From positions 21,638,001 through 21,702,000 of the forward strand of contig OX442314.1 of the NCBI GenBank assembly GCA_949358305.1: a stretch of 64,000 nt of DNA, in the 5' to 3' direction. The translations under genes and the position numbers were made by a program. Below the pieces are notes generated by a model. The model saw nothing but the letters and a program-made list of their open reading frames with translations. It made no database searches and was not told where the DNA came from. How positions within the stretch are numbered: the stretch's first letter is position 1; each line of letters starts with the position of its first letter. This document shows, one piece after another, positions 48,491-60,844 of this stretch. This DNA is from Strigamia acuminata. Its lineage: Eukaryota.

Positions 48491-49332
48491 ATGGATACAT
48501 TTATCTATCATGTACTTCATGGAATTTATCTCGTATTCCTCGCGATGTGGTGGACATACAGCAGTTACACAAACTACTACAAAGCATTGATAAATGGCAA
48601 TAAGAAATTTCGAAGTTCCACGTGGTTTTCGGTGAGCAAGTGCCCAAATCTACCATTGGAAAGCATCTTCAAGTTGACTTCATTCACGAGATAGGGATAA
48701 TCAGTGAAGTTTTCCCCGGCGGCATGGACCCCATGAGCACTCAAAATAAATACCATACGACCATCCTTATGTTTTTCTTTTTGCAAGCCTTTGTTGAAAT
48801 CCTCCAGTTTTATAAATTCCGTTTTATTCCACCTGGCGCCGAATATTTTACTGCCATTTTAGCATTTTCTATGGAAGTACTACTTTTTTCTAGACATACT
48901 CATGGCAGAACCGAATTATACATCCTTCTCCATACATTCATAATGATTGCAGCTGGAGGTTCCTGCGTCACTTTTCTGATAGAATTTTTTATTCGAGATG
49001 AATTGATCGTGACATTAGCTCGTACTCATTGTGTGCTTGTCCAAGGTGGTTGGCTTGTTCAAGTGGGGTTCTTTCTGTACCCACCTACAGCCGGTAAAAT
49101 GGATCACACTGACGCTATGTTAATATCTATAATTTTTTCGTGGCATGTTGCAGGTGCTCTTTTAATAATATTATTTTGTGGGGGCTTAATTTCTATAAAG
49201 TACCAAAACATAATAAAGTGTGTAGAAGTTAATAATAATTTTAACGAGTTTGGCTCCACAGATTTAAAGGACAAGAGCCAATTCCAGCCATTAGTTCAGG
49301 CGGAATCGAATGGATATGTTTTTGAGAGTTGA
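48491..49332 (+). pseudogene. TMEM45: TMEM45-like copy 5, frameshifted pseudogene
   Basis: 2-bp GA insertion at ~48688 relative to copy 4 gives TAG at 48692; 18-bp deletion (MKHWAG) at ~49094; GHVLPG changed to YHVLHG. Confidence 0.9.
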
Positions 49333-49449
49333 GCCCTCGTTTTTGGAAGCAATAAAATCTATGTTGCATTAAAAAGTTGTAAAACTAAGAAATAAATACC
49401 TATTGTGCTATGTAGACAATTTTTTTGTTTGTTTGTTGTTTGTAACCTA

Positions 49450-49652
49450 TACTCTGGCCATGCATAACTTGAGCCTAAATCCGAGCCTTTTCTCTGGTGT
49501 AGTGATACAAGAAAATAGAGCCAAACACCAGAAGCAAGCATTAAACTCTGAACTATTTTCCCTGGTGGCAGCACAGAGCACAGTATAGAGACTGTGGCAC
49601 AGAGTGAGTAATGAGGCTCGGATTTAGGCTCAAGTTATGCATGGCCAGAGTA
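49450..49652. mobile_element. MITE (203 bp) with TA TSD
   Basis: 39-bp TIRs TACTCTGGCCATGCATAACTTGAGCCTAAATCCGAGCCT; absent from the paralogous site AACCTAGCACC at ~22877. Confidence 0.88.
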
Positions 49653-51867
49653 TAGCACCACCTGTACGCGACTGAAACTATAATGGAGGCCAGATTGTCA
49701 GGGTCAACTCTAAATCTGTTTCGTTTTTAATAATAACGTGCTTTCTAAATTCTGGAACCTTTCAGTTTTTCACATATTTTCAGTTTTTCACCTATTTTCA
49801 ATTTTTCACCTATTTTTTATTTTTTCACCTAATTTTCACCTATTTTAACTTGTTCTAAAAGGGCCTTTTTCCTGATTGAAAATGGTTGAAAGAAAAACAA
49901 ATAGATAAAACCAGACTACGGTATGTTCTTTCCACCTCAATCTTTTAATTCTTACGCATAACTCTACAATTAGGACAACACCGCATACCACCGTCGCAAC
50001 TACTTGCGGCACCCAGATCCTAGAACTATCACGGGCCCTTCAAGCGCACCTAAGGAGTCGATGCTGGACATCCACAGTGCGGACAATCAGTTTGCTACTG
50101 TCTTGAATTATGACCCACGTATGAGTCTCTAACGGGCTTCAAGAGATCAGTCAAGAAACACCAAGCAAGACAAAACTCAAATCACGTGGCTGGTCTAGAG
50201 CAAGGAGAACGGTTACAAATAATAAAAATATGTTTGGATGATCATTAAAGTTCTTTTATTGCACAGATATTTTAATATATAATACATGTATGGGATCATT
50301 TCATTGCGCCCATACTTATCTGTGGTACCATAAGGTTTGATTAACTTTAAGTGCGACTGTAACGTTTGTTGGGAACCTTGATCTGGATGGTGATCACAGG
50401 ATCAAATTAGATTTAGAAAGTTTATTCAAATTTAAGTCCCAAGTTCAACAAGTACTACATTCAAATTTGGGATAGCATATCTGTTGCACTGAAAAAAAAT
50501 TTGCATTTCCAAAAAATTTTACATTTTCAAAAAAAAAAATCATTGAAAAATAAAGAGGGAAATTGGAGTAATTCCCGTTTGGAAATATGAACTTAACTTA
50601 TATACGTGGCCTGAGTTAGTTATGTTGACACACAGCTGTGATGGATGTCTTTGTTATCAATAGACACATTTGTTTTTTTTTTTATTTTTTTATTTGAGTA
50701 AATGACTCAAAGTTCCTGAACGGGCGCGTTAGTTTGCCAGAGTGATAGCCAAGCAATTGTTTGTTTAAAAAAGTGAGTAGTGCACTCTTAGTCAGTGGCG
50801 GTTTTACGGGTAGGCGAGATAAGGCGCCTCAAAATTATTTTAATGAAAATCAATATTCAGGTGATTTTTTACATTTGCACTTATGATTTGTCGAAAACCG
50901 ATCCGACAATCGCCACTGCTCGTAGTCATTTATCTTTATTACTTGTAGTATCATTTTGTTTGTTGTATTTTTAATACGTTAATGTGTACTTTTCTTACAT
51001 TTGATTGCAAAGTTACTCTGCGAAACATAAAGTTCAATTTATTTTCATAAAATTATCTGGTTAGAGGATAATACACACTGAGCGACATGCATTTAAATTA
51101 TTTTTTTTACTTGAATCAGAAACAACTAAACAATTTAGTAGAATTAACTAACTCCTATTGCTTACCTTTACTAATTTAGTTCAGGCAACAAAATCCTAAG
51201 TTGTCTTTAACTAAATGTTTAGTTTTTTCTTAGCCAACCATTGATTTAGTTAATACAACCAAACCGTTTTTTGAGTGTGCTTTAATTTAAAGTGTCAGGT
51301 GTCTCGAACTGAATAACAATTTTAACAAGTCAGGGTTTGATTAAATTGAGCAGAAATGTGCAGTATAAAATATAGAAGGAAATTTTTTTTACAAATTATT
51401 TGTTATTTCTAAATTCTGAAAAAAAGAGGAAATTACTGTACGGGAAACACCTTGAATTATTCCGTTTATCACTCAACAACAAATTCATCTCAATAACATC
51501 TTTATTACTAAATTACACAATTTTAAGGATAATCCTTTTATGTAGTAATTTGGGATGTACAATGTTCACTGCTACCTTCCAGCTCACGTAATTGTCGTCT
51601 CGTCCAAAGAAATGTAATTCAGCATGTGAAAAGTAATCAGCAAATTACGCAATAGCCCACCTATAGAGCATACATTTATTGATTTATTTAGTTTTATATC
51701 ACGTGAGTTGTGTATTGATACAGTTGACAATAGACAAACGACAAACTCCTAGAACAATACCTACGAAATATATATATTACCACCATCAGAGCCTAACAAC
51801 AACTCTTACAAATAAAGTCGCTGCTTCTGAGTCTCTTTTTGTTTTTGTTTTCAGGTTCCAACTGACA

Positions 51868-52677
51868 ATGGGTACATTTATCGGTCATGTACTTCCTGGA
51901 ATTAATCTCGTATTCCTCGCGATATGGTGGACGTACAGCAGTTACAAAAACTACTACAAAGCATTGATCAATGGCAAGAAATTTCGAAGTTCCACATGGT
52001 TTCCGCTGGACAAGTACCCAAATCTCCCATTGGAAAGCATCATCAAATTGATTTCTCTTATGGTGGCAATATCTAGTTTTGTTTTCCACGATGGCATGTT
52101 TCACGTGAAAATTCATAACAGATACCATATGACCATCAACAGTCTTTTCCTCCTCCAATCCGTTGTTGAAATCCTCCAGTTTTATAAATTCCGTTTTATT
52201 CCACCTGGCGCCGAATATTTTACTGCCATTTTAGGATTCGCCACGGAAGCACTACTTTTATCTTCCCACACTCGTGGCAAATCCCAATTAGACGTCTTCG
52301 TTCATACATTTCTAGTGATTGTAATTGCAGGTTGCTGTGTGACTTTTGCAGTCGAGTTTTTTATTCGAGATAAACTGATCGTGACATTAGCTCGTGCTCA
52401 TTGTGTGCTTGTCAAAGGTATTTGGCTGATTCATTTGGGGTTTATTCTGTTCCCACCTTCAGCCGGAATTAAACATTGGGCCAGTGAAATAGATCACAAT
52501 GAAGAGATGTTAATAGCTATATATTTCTCGTGGCATGTTGCAGGTGCTCTTTTAATAATATTCCTGTGTGGAAGCTTAATTTCTCTAAAGTATCGTAAAA
52601 TAATAAAAAATGTAGAAATGAATAATAATTGTAACAAAAGCCAATTCCAGCGATTAATTCAGGTTGAATCAAATTGA
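51868..52677 (+). CDS. TMEM45: TMEM45-like copy 6
   Basis: MGTFIGHVLPG at 51868 after a TTTTCAG acceptor; 269 aa, intact. Confidence 0.9.
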   Translation: MGTFIGHVLPGINLVFLAIWWTYSSYKNYYKALINGKKFRSSTWFPLDKYPNLPLESIIKLISLMVAISSFVFHDGMFHVKIHNRYHMTINSLFLLQSVVEILQFYKFRFIPPGAEYFTAILGFATEALLLSSHTRGKSQLDVFVHTFLVIVIAGCCVTFAVEFFIRDKLIVTLARAHCVLVKGIWLIHLGFILFPPSAGIKHWASEIDHNEEMLIAIYFSWHVAGALLIIFLCGSLISLKYRKIIKNVEMNNNCNKSQFQRLIQVESN

Positions 52678-53268
52678 TATTTTTATTAGATTTGAGCAAT
52701 AAAATGTACGGTACAAAAGAAGCTGTAAAAAGTAAAGTGTCATGTAATGTGTCAGTGGGAAAAATTTAAAATAAAACAAACAAATCTCATTGTTGTTTGA
52801 ATGGGGACCCTCAGTTAATACCAACATGGAATAGCAAGAGCATGAAACATAACTGACAAGTGAGTTGGATAGAAGATGCTCTCACAAAATTCAGACTGTT
52901 TAAGTTCGTCTCAAATGGTCTCAATTTCAGAGGAGGAGTAAGATGCGATGCAGGATCTATAACTTAGAATGTTAGGTGTATCGAACTGAATGACAATTCT
53001 ACCAAGTCGGAGTTGAATCGTATGGAGCATAAATGTCACAAACAGAGAGAACAACAAAACAAGGAAAAATAATATTTCTGTTAGGAGTGATGAAATTTCA
53101 GGAAAAACAAGTTTATTAGTTGAAGGAATTTACACCAGATGGCAATACGTATTCTACAGAAGGGAGTTGTAATATTTGTGGGTATTTTTGATTGTTGATT
53201 GTTGCAGATCGAAACAAAATCAATTTGATACTGAAAGCATTGACAGATGTCTTATACACAGAAGATAT

Positions 53269-53789
53269 TGTTACGTGCCCGAACCGCGCTGTGATGCAGC
53301 GGGTCCAAACGCGCAATTCTGTTCGCGAGTTTATAAAAACTCTCTTTAGATGGCGTCGAGCCATTTGTGCACTCGGCACCATCAGAACAGTCAACTACGG
53401 AGCTGCATGGGAAATCAGAGTTTACCTATTTGGCGCCAGACTTGAATAAGCAGTTTTAATTTAGAATTCAAGCTGTCTCTTTGGCTTGCTCATGCTTATC
53501 CTTTGGTCTTCAGCGACCTGCGCCTTTAGCGCCAGGTTTCTTTAGCCAAAGCCCTCCTTGTTGAGGTTTTATTTGAGTTTATGAGTTAAATTATGTTTAG
53601 TTATAATAATTTACCTTTAGTTTATTTAATTTTGCCTTTGTAAATTAAGTTGATTGAGCCCCTTTGAATAAAAGTTCATTATAATTTAAGTTTTGAATTA
53701 CATCTCACTGAAATCATTACAAACTCTAGTAGCTTATCTTTTTAGAATAAGAATTGTTATGTGTGTTGAACCCCACGACTCACGTAACA
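53269..53789 (+). mobile_element. Probable solo LTR (521 bp)
   Basis: 9-bp inverted termini TGTTACGTG / CACGTAACA; flanks ATAT/GTAT (TSD with 1 mismatch); TATAAAA and AATAAA inside. Confidence 0.65.
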
Positions 53790-55750
53790 GTATGGTTTGG
53801 GTATGTAAAACATTCACAAAACGGAAGTATACCGTACGTATAGCATAAGTAAACAATACATTTTCAGTAAAAAAAAAAAGGCCACAAAATTAATTGAATA
53901 TCCGAAATAAAAACACAAACTTGGAAGAAAAAAAATCTGAGGGGAAAATAGCCACTCCGAATAACAGATAATAATGTCTCACAAAAATGAAAAAAAATAC
54001 GAAAATGACGAAAAATTTTAGTTTAAAAATTTAAATATCAATAAAAACATGTTCTACAGAGAGGTTGGGTTGAGCATAATGCGTGATTGTAAACATAGCA
54101 ATCATATGCAACCATATTTGGACAATTAAGAGTGAAGTGTGAGAGTGATGTACCGGTGTGCCCAGCGAGTGGAGGATCATTAAACCAAAGGTTGGTGCAT
54201 ATTAACCCTGGGTGGGCAATCCGGTTGGTTATCCCTACTTTGTTTGGTTGCTGCCAACCAAAGCTATGTATATCCACTGGAGAATAAGGTTTGGTTCATC
54301 TGTGGAGAATTTGGAGATGAGAAACCTTGTTGTGCAAAGAAATTTTGTTGTCTGTTGTGGTTTGCAGTAAAGCTAAACCTCCAACACCTTGTTGCTACTA
54401 CGTTAGCTGTGCCAGCTGCGTTTGAGGCTGCTGCAGCTGCTGTTCCACTCCACGGCATCCTTAACAGCCACTGCCTGAGCTTTGGCTCCGTTTAGATCAG
54501 TTACCTCTGCAGCTTTTTGAAGTACAACCGCACAAAATTCACCTATCTGGGCCCACCAGAAGAATAGCACAGACTTCGTCAGTAAAAGCTTTATCTATTT
54601 CTGCGTCAACTGTTTTTGTTTCTGAATTAAGTTCTTCAGTATCTTCACTTCCTTCTGGTGTAGAGTACTCTTTGGTACGTGTCTTAACAATGAAATGATC
54701 TGAAGCTAAATGCTCAAAATTTTCTCCTGTCAGAGAGCTTTCTGTTTTAATTGTCCAAAAACGTCTATTTTGCGTCATTCTAAAACGGTGCTTCTCTGCA
54801 ATGCGTCACCATGCCGAGCAAGAGCGGAGAAGAATCAAGACACTCTTCTTGTGGTGGTCCTATCTTGACAGATTGTCTGGCCTAAGTTGGATCCTTGCAC
54901 CTTTCCCATTAGTTCCTGAAGTGACTTCCGGAACCAGACATGACGGAGTTGTAGCTACTAATTAGGTCATTTGGGAACTGTTGTTGCCCAAGTCACAAAA
55001 GGAAATAGCAAAACTATGCTGTAATACATTAAATTTTTTGTTTTTCACACAACAACCAATTTAAATCAATAACAAATTTTTTAAATTAGTAATTAATGTA
55101 TATTAATAATATTAACCTTTATTTGTTCTATTTATTCAATCAATTATTTTCTTCTGCTCACAAATTTGACACATCTCTCTTCTCTTTAATGTTCACCACA
55201 CAAAGAGTCAATATTAATCACACAGATGATGTCGTGCATTGATACCTCATAAAAAAAATAAGAAACAAATTATATTATGGTGTAGTTTCACGAGGTATTT
55301 TCCATTCGTTTAATTCGAAACAACAACATGGAACATATGGTGCTGTATGGACGTGAATTACATTTCTCTTTTGACATCTGTGGAGTTAACAATAGACACA
55401 CATTTCAACCAGACATTTGAGTCAAGTTACAGGAAGAGTTTATTTCAGTGTTCATCTGAATCGCTGTAAAAACGTGAGTGGTTATACTTCAGTCTTATAA
55501 ATACGTTTAATATAAATTTAAGTCTGGTGGGTTATGTGTTTCACTTCGAAGTTTATTAATACCCTAGTTCTAATTAAAACCAAAACCGAATTCTGCTCAA
55601 CATTTTGTTCTATTTCCATTTAAATTCTCTCTTTGATCCATGTTGTGGCACAACATTTATGACCTTGATGATGATTTTATACAGAATGTACACCGATGTA
55701 GCCTCCCAACATAATATTTACACTTATTATTTTTCAGCTCCGGCCTCACG

Positions 55751-56584
55751 ATGGGTACATTCATGGGTCACTTTTTCCCTGGTTGTCTTCAGATTTCACT
55801 CGCGCTGTGGTGGACATATAATGCTTACAAAATATATTTCCAAAGCTTGTGCAATGGCAACAAATATCGAAGTACGTCTTGGTTTCCAGTGGACAAGTAC
55901 CCAAACCACCCGTTGGAAAGCTACGTCAAAATCCTGTTGTATGTGGTGGGAATAATCGGTGATGCCGCTCATATGGGCCCCAACCACGCTAACATAAAGA
56001 ATGTATACCATATTACCATCTACGCATTTGTTCTCATTCAGTCGATGGTGGAAATTCTTCAGTTTTATAAATTCCGTTGTATTCCACCCGGTGCCGAATA
56101 TTTTACCGGCGCTTTGGCATTTTTCATGCACACGATTATTTTTTCTTCTCACATTCGTGGCAGATCCGAATTAGACGTACTTCTTCATACATTCCTAATA
56201 ATTTCAATTGCATTTTGCTCCCTCACGTTTGCGTTAGAAGCGTTTATTCGAGATAATGTGATCGTGACATTAGCTCGTGCTCTTAGCGTGCTCATTCAGG
56301 GTACTTGGATATTTCACGTGGCTTTCATACAGTTTCCACCAGTAGCCAGTATGAAATATTGGCCCACCGAACTCGACCACAGTCAAGCTATGTTATTAGC
56401 TATGTATTTTTCGTGGCATGTTGCTGGTGACATTGTAGCAATGTTCTTGTGTGGGGGTTTGATATCGTTAAAGTATCGAAGAAATATCAATTTTACAGAG
56501 TTGAATAACGCTTTTAACGAGTCGAAGTCGTTGAAAAACGGCAAGTGCAAAATGAATGAAGCAGATGTACGTTTAATAGCTTAA
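55751..56584 (+). CDS. TMEM45: TMEM45-like copy 7
   Basis: 277-aa ORF MGTFMGHFFPG...QGTW...FSWH; TTTTTCAG acceptor upstream. Confidence 0.9.
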   Translation: MGTFMGHFFPGCLQISLALWWTYNAYKIYFQSLCNGNKYRSTSWFPVDKYPNHPLESYVKILLYVVGIIGDAAHMGPNHANIKNVYHITIYAFVLIQSMVEILQFYKFRCIPPGAEYFTGALAFFMHTIIFSSHIRGRSELDVLLHTFLIISIAFCSLTFALEAFIRDNVIVTLARALSVLIQGTWIFHVAFIQFPPVASMKYWPTELDHSQAMLLAMYFSWHVAGDIVAMFLCGGLISLKYRRNINFTELNNAFNESKSLKNGKCKMNEADVRLIA

Positions 56585-57392
56585 ATTCTGCCTTTCTTGC
56601 TCTTGTTCGGTGTTGGTTAATGGGGAATAAATTTAAATATTGAATCTATGTGTAAATGGAAACAAATAAACATTTCAATATTTATTGGCAAAATAAATAG
56701 ACGTTTTGATATAAAATATTTCTAGTTTAAGTCGAGTATATTGCATAAACACGAAGTAAATACCACTTAGTGTGACGTATCTATGATGCCATGACGTTCA
56801 CAGGTCAAAGCTTTAAAATTGGTTGTTTTCCACACTTTATTTACAAATCTTCGACGCACCAACACAGTATACAGTTACAATTTTCATGCGCGTATGTTCA
56901 TTATTGTTTTGATGACTTTTCATGCAGTCTAAAAACGTTGCTTAGCAACCAACTATCTGGAACGTGAAAAACCATCGTTACGTAACTGCTCAAGCTGCAC
57001 AAACGTAAACAAAAACATTTCAGGAACTTTTTTCATATCATAACTTCAAACGTAAATAAAAGCCAGTGCGTAAATAAAATACAATTATTTAAGTTTCCTT
57101 TACCGTGTGTTGAAGATAGTTATTAAAAGATTATCTTTTCAAAATGTTACCTTCAATAGAAAGTTATTGACATAGCAGGAACACACACACACAAGTGAAA
57201 GACGGAGAAACTTCTAAAGTAAATACGAAAATAAAAGATCGCAATAGAAATGACATTTGTTTGCACTTGTAAAAATATTAGAGTCAATATTGACATATCG
57301 TAGACAAGAATTTCTTGTAGTTTTTCGACAGTACTTATTATTATTAGATCAATGATAGCTATCATACGGCACATTTCACTCTTCTGCTGAAA

Positions 57393-59111
57393 ATGCAGAT
57401 GTCCAGTACTAGACGGTTTTTTATCCAACCAGAGAGAAAAAACGCTCGGAAAATCTCAGAAAATGCGAACAAAAATTCAAATTGGAAAGATGTCGATATT
57501 CCTGGTTTTGCGAATGTCATTGATTCCAAGACAAGTGTATTGCGCCGTGTGCTGTGGGCCGTCGCTATTCTAATTTGCTTCTTTGTTTGCGTTAATCAAA
57601 TCGTAGAGCGTATTCTTTTTTACCGCGACTCGCCAGTTGCAGTCAAAGTTCAAATCGAAGATGATACATCGCCACCCATGCCACGCATTACTGTTTGCAA
57701 CGAACTGCACAGTTTGCTCCGCAGAGCATTCTTTAATACAACCCAAATAACTGTGATAAACAATACAGCAGTACTGGTTAATGCCAATATGCAACGATAT
57801 CGTATTATAACGACGTCTAAGGAATTTACTAATCTTTGGATGACGTCTGAATGCACTTATTTGGCAAAGATAAACATGACAACCAACGAAATATGGAACG
57901 ATAGAAAATTAACCGAAGAAAACATACTTTTATTAGGAAAAGTAAGCGATGTAAAGTATAGATTTGACTGACATTAAATAATCTTTTTTGTTCAATTCAT
58001 TGTCAGGTTCACGGAACCAACTCTTATAAAACCATCAATTACACTAGTGAAGAATTTAGTGACCAATCTGGTCCATGTTTTACGTTGACAATCGGTATTC
58101 TTACGCAACAAATCGTTCACCTTCCTTTACAATATTTCAATGAATTTACAGTAAGTTTATAATTTATTAATTTATTTGAAAGATAACTTTGATGAACACC
58201 AAGAGATGATACTGAAAGTGATAAACAATTTTCCTCTCTTTAACGGAGCAAATTATAACGTAAGTTTCCTACTTAATTTATATGCATTTAAAAAAAGATG
58301 TTAAATAATTCCTCTAATGACTTTAAGATAATATTTCATCAAGATCAACTTCCTTTGACACCGGAAATACAAAAAAGATCTGTAATTTTTTCTGCACGGA
58401 TTTTTCCAAGCAAAATACGCATAAGCCAAGTAAATAATGAATTGATGACTTTTATAGAAACATAGTCAAATTCGGCCACTCGATTGATTCAAATCTCTGG
58501 AGAAACAAACATTTTCTAATATATAACCTCTTCCTTTTTTTCAGTTTAAAAATCTTAATTTTAGCAGTAACCCTTGCGTGACTTCAGAGGAGTATGTAGA
58601 ATGCAGACAAGATTGCTTGAGAAAACAATTACTGGCAACTTCAATACGTTGCAAGTAAATTTAACAAGAATAAATATTTTTCTTTTATTGCTACATCGTT
58701 TTCTTTTTAAGATTTCCGGTAACAATCGATGAGCACGTCGCGAGGCCAAATTGTACAACATTCGATGAATGCACAGCCGGTTTGAAAGAACTTAGAAATG
58801 CCCTTTACCATCACAATCCAAACTCATGCAAATGCCCCAGAAAATGCGAGAACAATGTTTACATGGCCGTAACTACAACAACTGGTACCGAGACAACATG
58901 TGATAGTTCGTTCTCTTGCTATGCAATAATGAAAATATCGTTGCCTACACAATATACCCAAATTTCAGAGTTTGTTGCTTATAATCTTGTAGCATTGTTT
59001 TGCGATATTGGTGGATCATTGGGCTTATGTATGGGCTTATGCCTTATTTCAGTATTAGAATTAATTCAAAACGTATTGTTTTCGCTGAAACAATTGTTGC
59101 TGATAAATTAA
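57393..59111 (+). CDS. DEG/ENaC (ASIC/pickpocket-like) channel subunit, about 6 exons
   Basis: Exons 57393-57941, 58007-58150, ~58206-58259 (acceptor uncertain), 58328-58429, 58545-58654 and 58712-59111. Motifs RRVLW-TM1, MPRITVCN, GPCFTL, IIFH..QLP, Cys-rich thumb (YVECRQDC..CKCPRKC) and TM2 DIGGSLGLCMG. Confidence 0.88.
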
Positions 59112-60019
59112 GCAGAAAAAGTACATTTGCACTTTGCACAATATTATCTTGTAATCAATTCGGCGTTGCCATAATAAACATTAAACAACAATTATAGTAC
59201 GAGCGTAAAAGATAAAATATCTTATTCTTATCTGTCCTCTCGGCTGTTAACAAAGATACAAAACAAAACAATAGTACATTTTTGTTTTATGCCGCTTGCG
59301 AAGAATGTCGACAGAGCGCGTCATCGTCTACGCCGCCGAAGTCTTTCCGCTCGTGATAAAATATCAAGTTATATTTCATAGGGGCGCTGAAATACACTTT
59401 GAACAAAGACGCCTTTCACCAACGATGCAGCACAAAATACGAATCATTAAAGGAGACATTCCACATAATGAAGTTCAACACTATTCGCCCCAAATGGCAT
59501 TGGTATTGGGTTCGGGTCAGCTTACATTGTAAAAAAAAATAGAGATCCCAAATACTTATGGCCCGTAAATTTGATAAAATAGCCCTTGAATAATTTGGTG
59601 TTCCAAATTTGCTATTCAACAACCCTTCAAAAAGGTTGCTTTGCTGTTGTAAACATCAGCAAAGAAAGAAACCCATAAATAAAATAAAAAATAAAAAATA
59701 TTTTTTTAAATTTCTCTTGTAATAATTTCCAAAAATAATCTTTATTAATCGCTTATCTCTTGTTTTTCACTGGATGTCCACAACCACCTGCTGCATATGT
59801 TTTTATTATTCATACCCGGAAGAATTGATGCAGAGAACCTTCATTTCACTGACAGCATTCTGATTTGAAAACTACCTAAGAATTTCTTCAACATATATTT
59901 CTAAAAAGTATGTATTTACACAAATTATACGGAAGTGGCACAAAATTCACAATTCGACACTTCTGACCGCACTAAAGCCCAATTTCTCATCTTGTTTATT
60001 TCTTCTTATTCAAAGTTCA

Positions 60020-60844
60020 ATGGGTTCATTCGGAGGCCACGCCATTCCCGGATTTTTCCTCTGCGCCATTGGATTTTGGTGGATGCTTAACATTTGCATC
60101 CGTTACTATTCGTCCCGCAAGGAATTCAGATCGGCGCTCTCCTTCACTTCGCCGTCAATGTGTTGCAAGAAATGGCCACTGGATATTCTCATCGTGCTGT
60201 CCATCTGCACCGTGGCGTTAGCTGGACAGATATTTGTGTTGAAAACCAGAGACATTCCCGAGGGTTTAATTCGAGGCGAATATTACGAACATGCCGTATT
60301 ATTCGGCGTTTTCATTCTCATGTCTTTACTAGAATTACTTCGCTTTTTAAAACTCTCCCTGCCTCACAATTTCGAATACCTAGGCGCGCTAGGCGCCTTT
60401 TCTCTATTCGCCTTGGTTCTTTTTCTTCACGCTAGAGGTCTCACGCCAATGCACAATCATTTGCACATGATTCTCGCCTACACAGTGGCTGCACTCTGCA
60501 TATCATTAGCTGTAGAGATGTATAATAGAAAAAGCTTCACAGCTGCAGTCAGCAGAGCTTATTTTACCTTTTTAAGTGGTTCTTGGATAATCCAAATTGG
60601 AATGTTTTTGTATCCACTTAAAAAAGAACCAATTTGGACCGGTGATGAGCACTCGGAAATAGTCCTAAGCACGATGATCTTTTCCTGGCACTGTGCAGCC
60701 ATTTTTGCAGTTCTAGCTTGCTTTGTGGTTCTCCTTGGCATTTGCTATGGCACTCCAGCACATTTAAATGTCACAGAATCCAACGAAAATTTAATTGACC
60801 CAAAGCATAAAGTTGTGTCGGGAGCTAATGGACAAATTGTTTAA
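60020..60844 (+). CDS. TMEM45: TMEM45-like copy 8 (divergent)
   Basis: 274-aa ORF with MGSFGGHAIPG, YEH, LHARG, GSWIIQIG..LYP and FSWH. Confidence 0.88.
   Translation: MGSFGGHAIPGFFLCAIGFWWMLNICIRYYSSRKEFRSALSFTSPSMCCKKWPLDILIVLSICTVALAGQIFVLKTRDIPEGLIRGEYYEHAVLFGVFILMSLLELLRFLKLSLPHNFEYLGALGAFSLFALVLFLHARGLTPMHNHLHMILAYTVAALCISLAVEMYNRKSFTAAVSRAYFTFLSGSWIIQIGMFLYPLKKEPIWTGDEHSEIVLSTMIFSWHCAAIFAVLACFVVLLGICYGTPAHLNVTESNENLIDPKHKVVSGANGQIV

Noticed and set aside
54038..54960. GC-richer stretch with short ORFs, possibly an old retroelement
   Set aside because: No termini or protein motif that I can identify with confidence.
58151..58182. 32-nt intron in the DEG/ENaC gene
   Set aside because: Using this AG gives an in-frame TGA within 9 codons; the AG at 58204-58205 keeps the frame.
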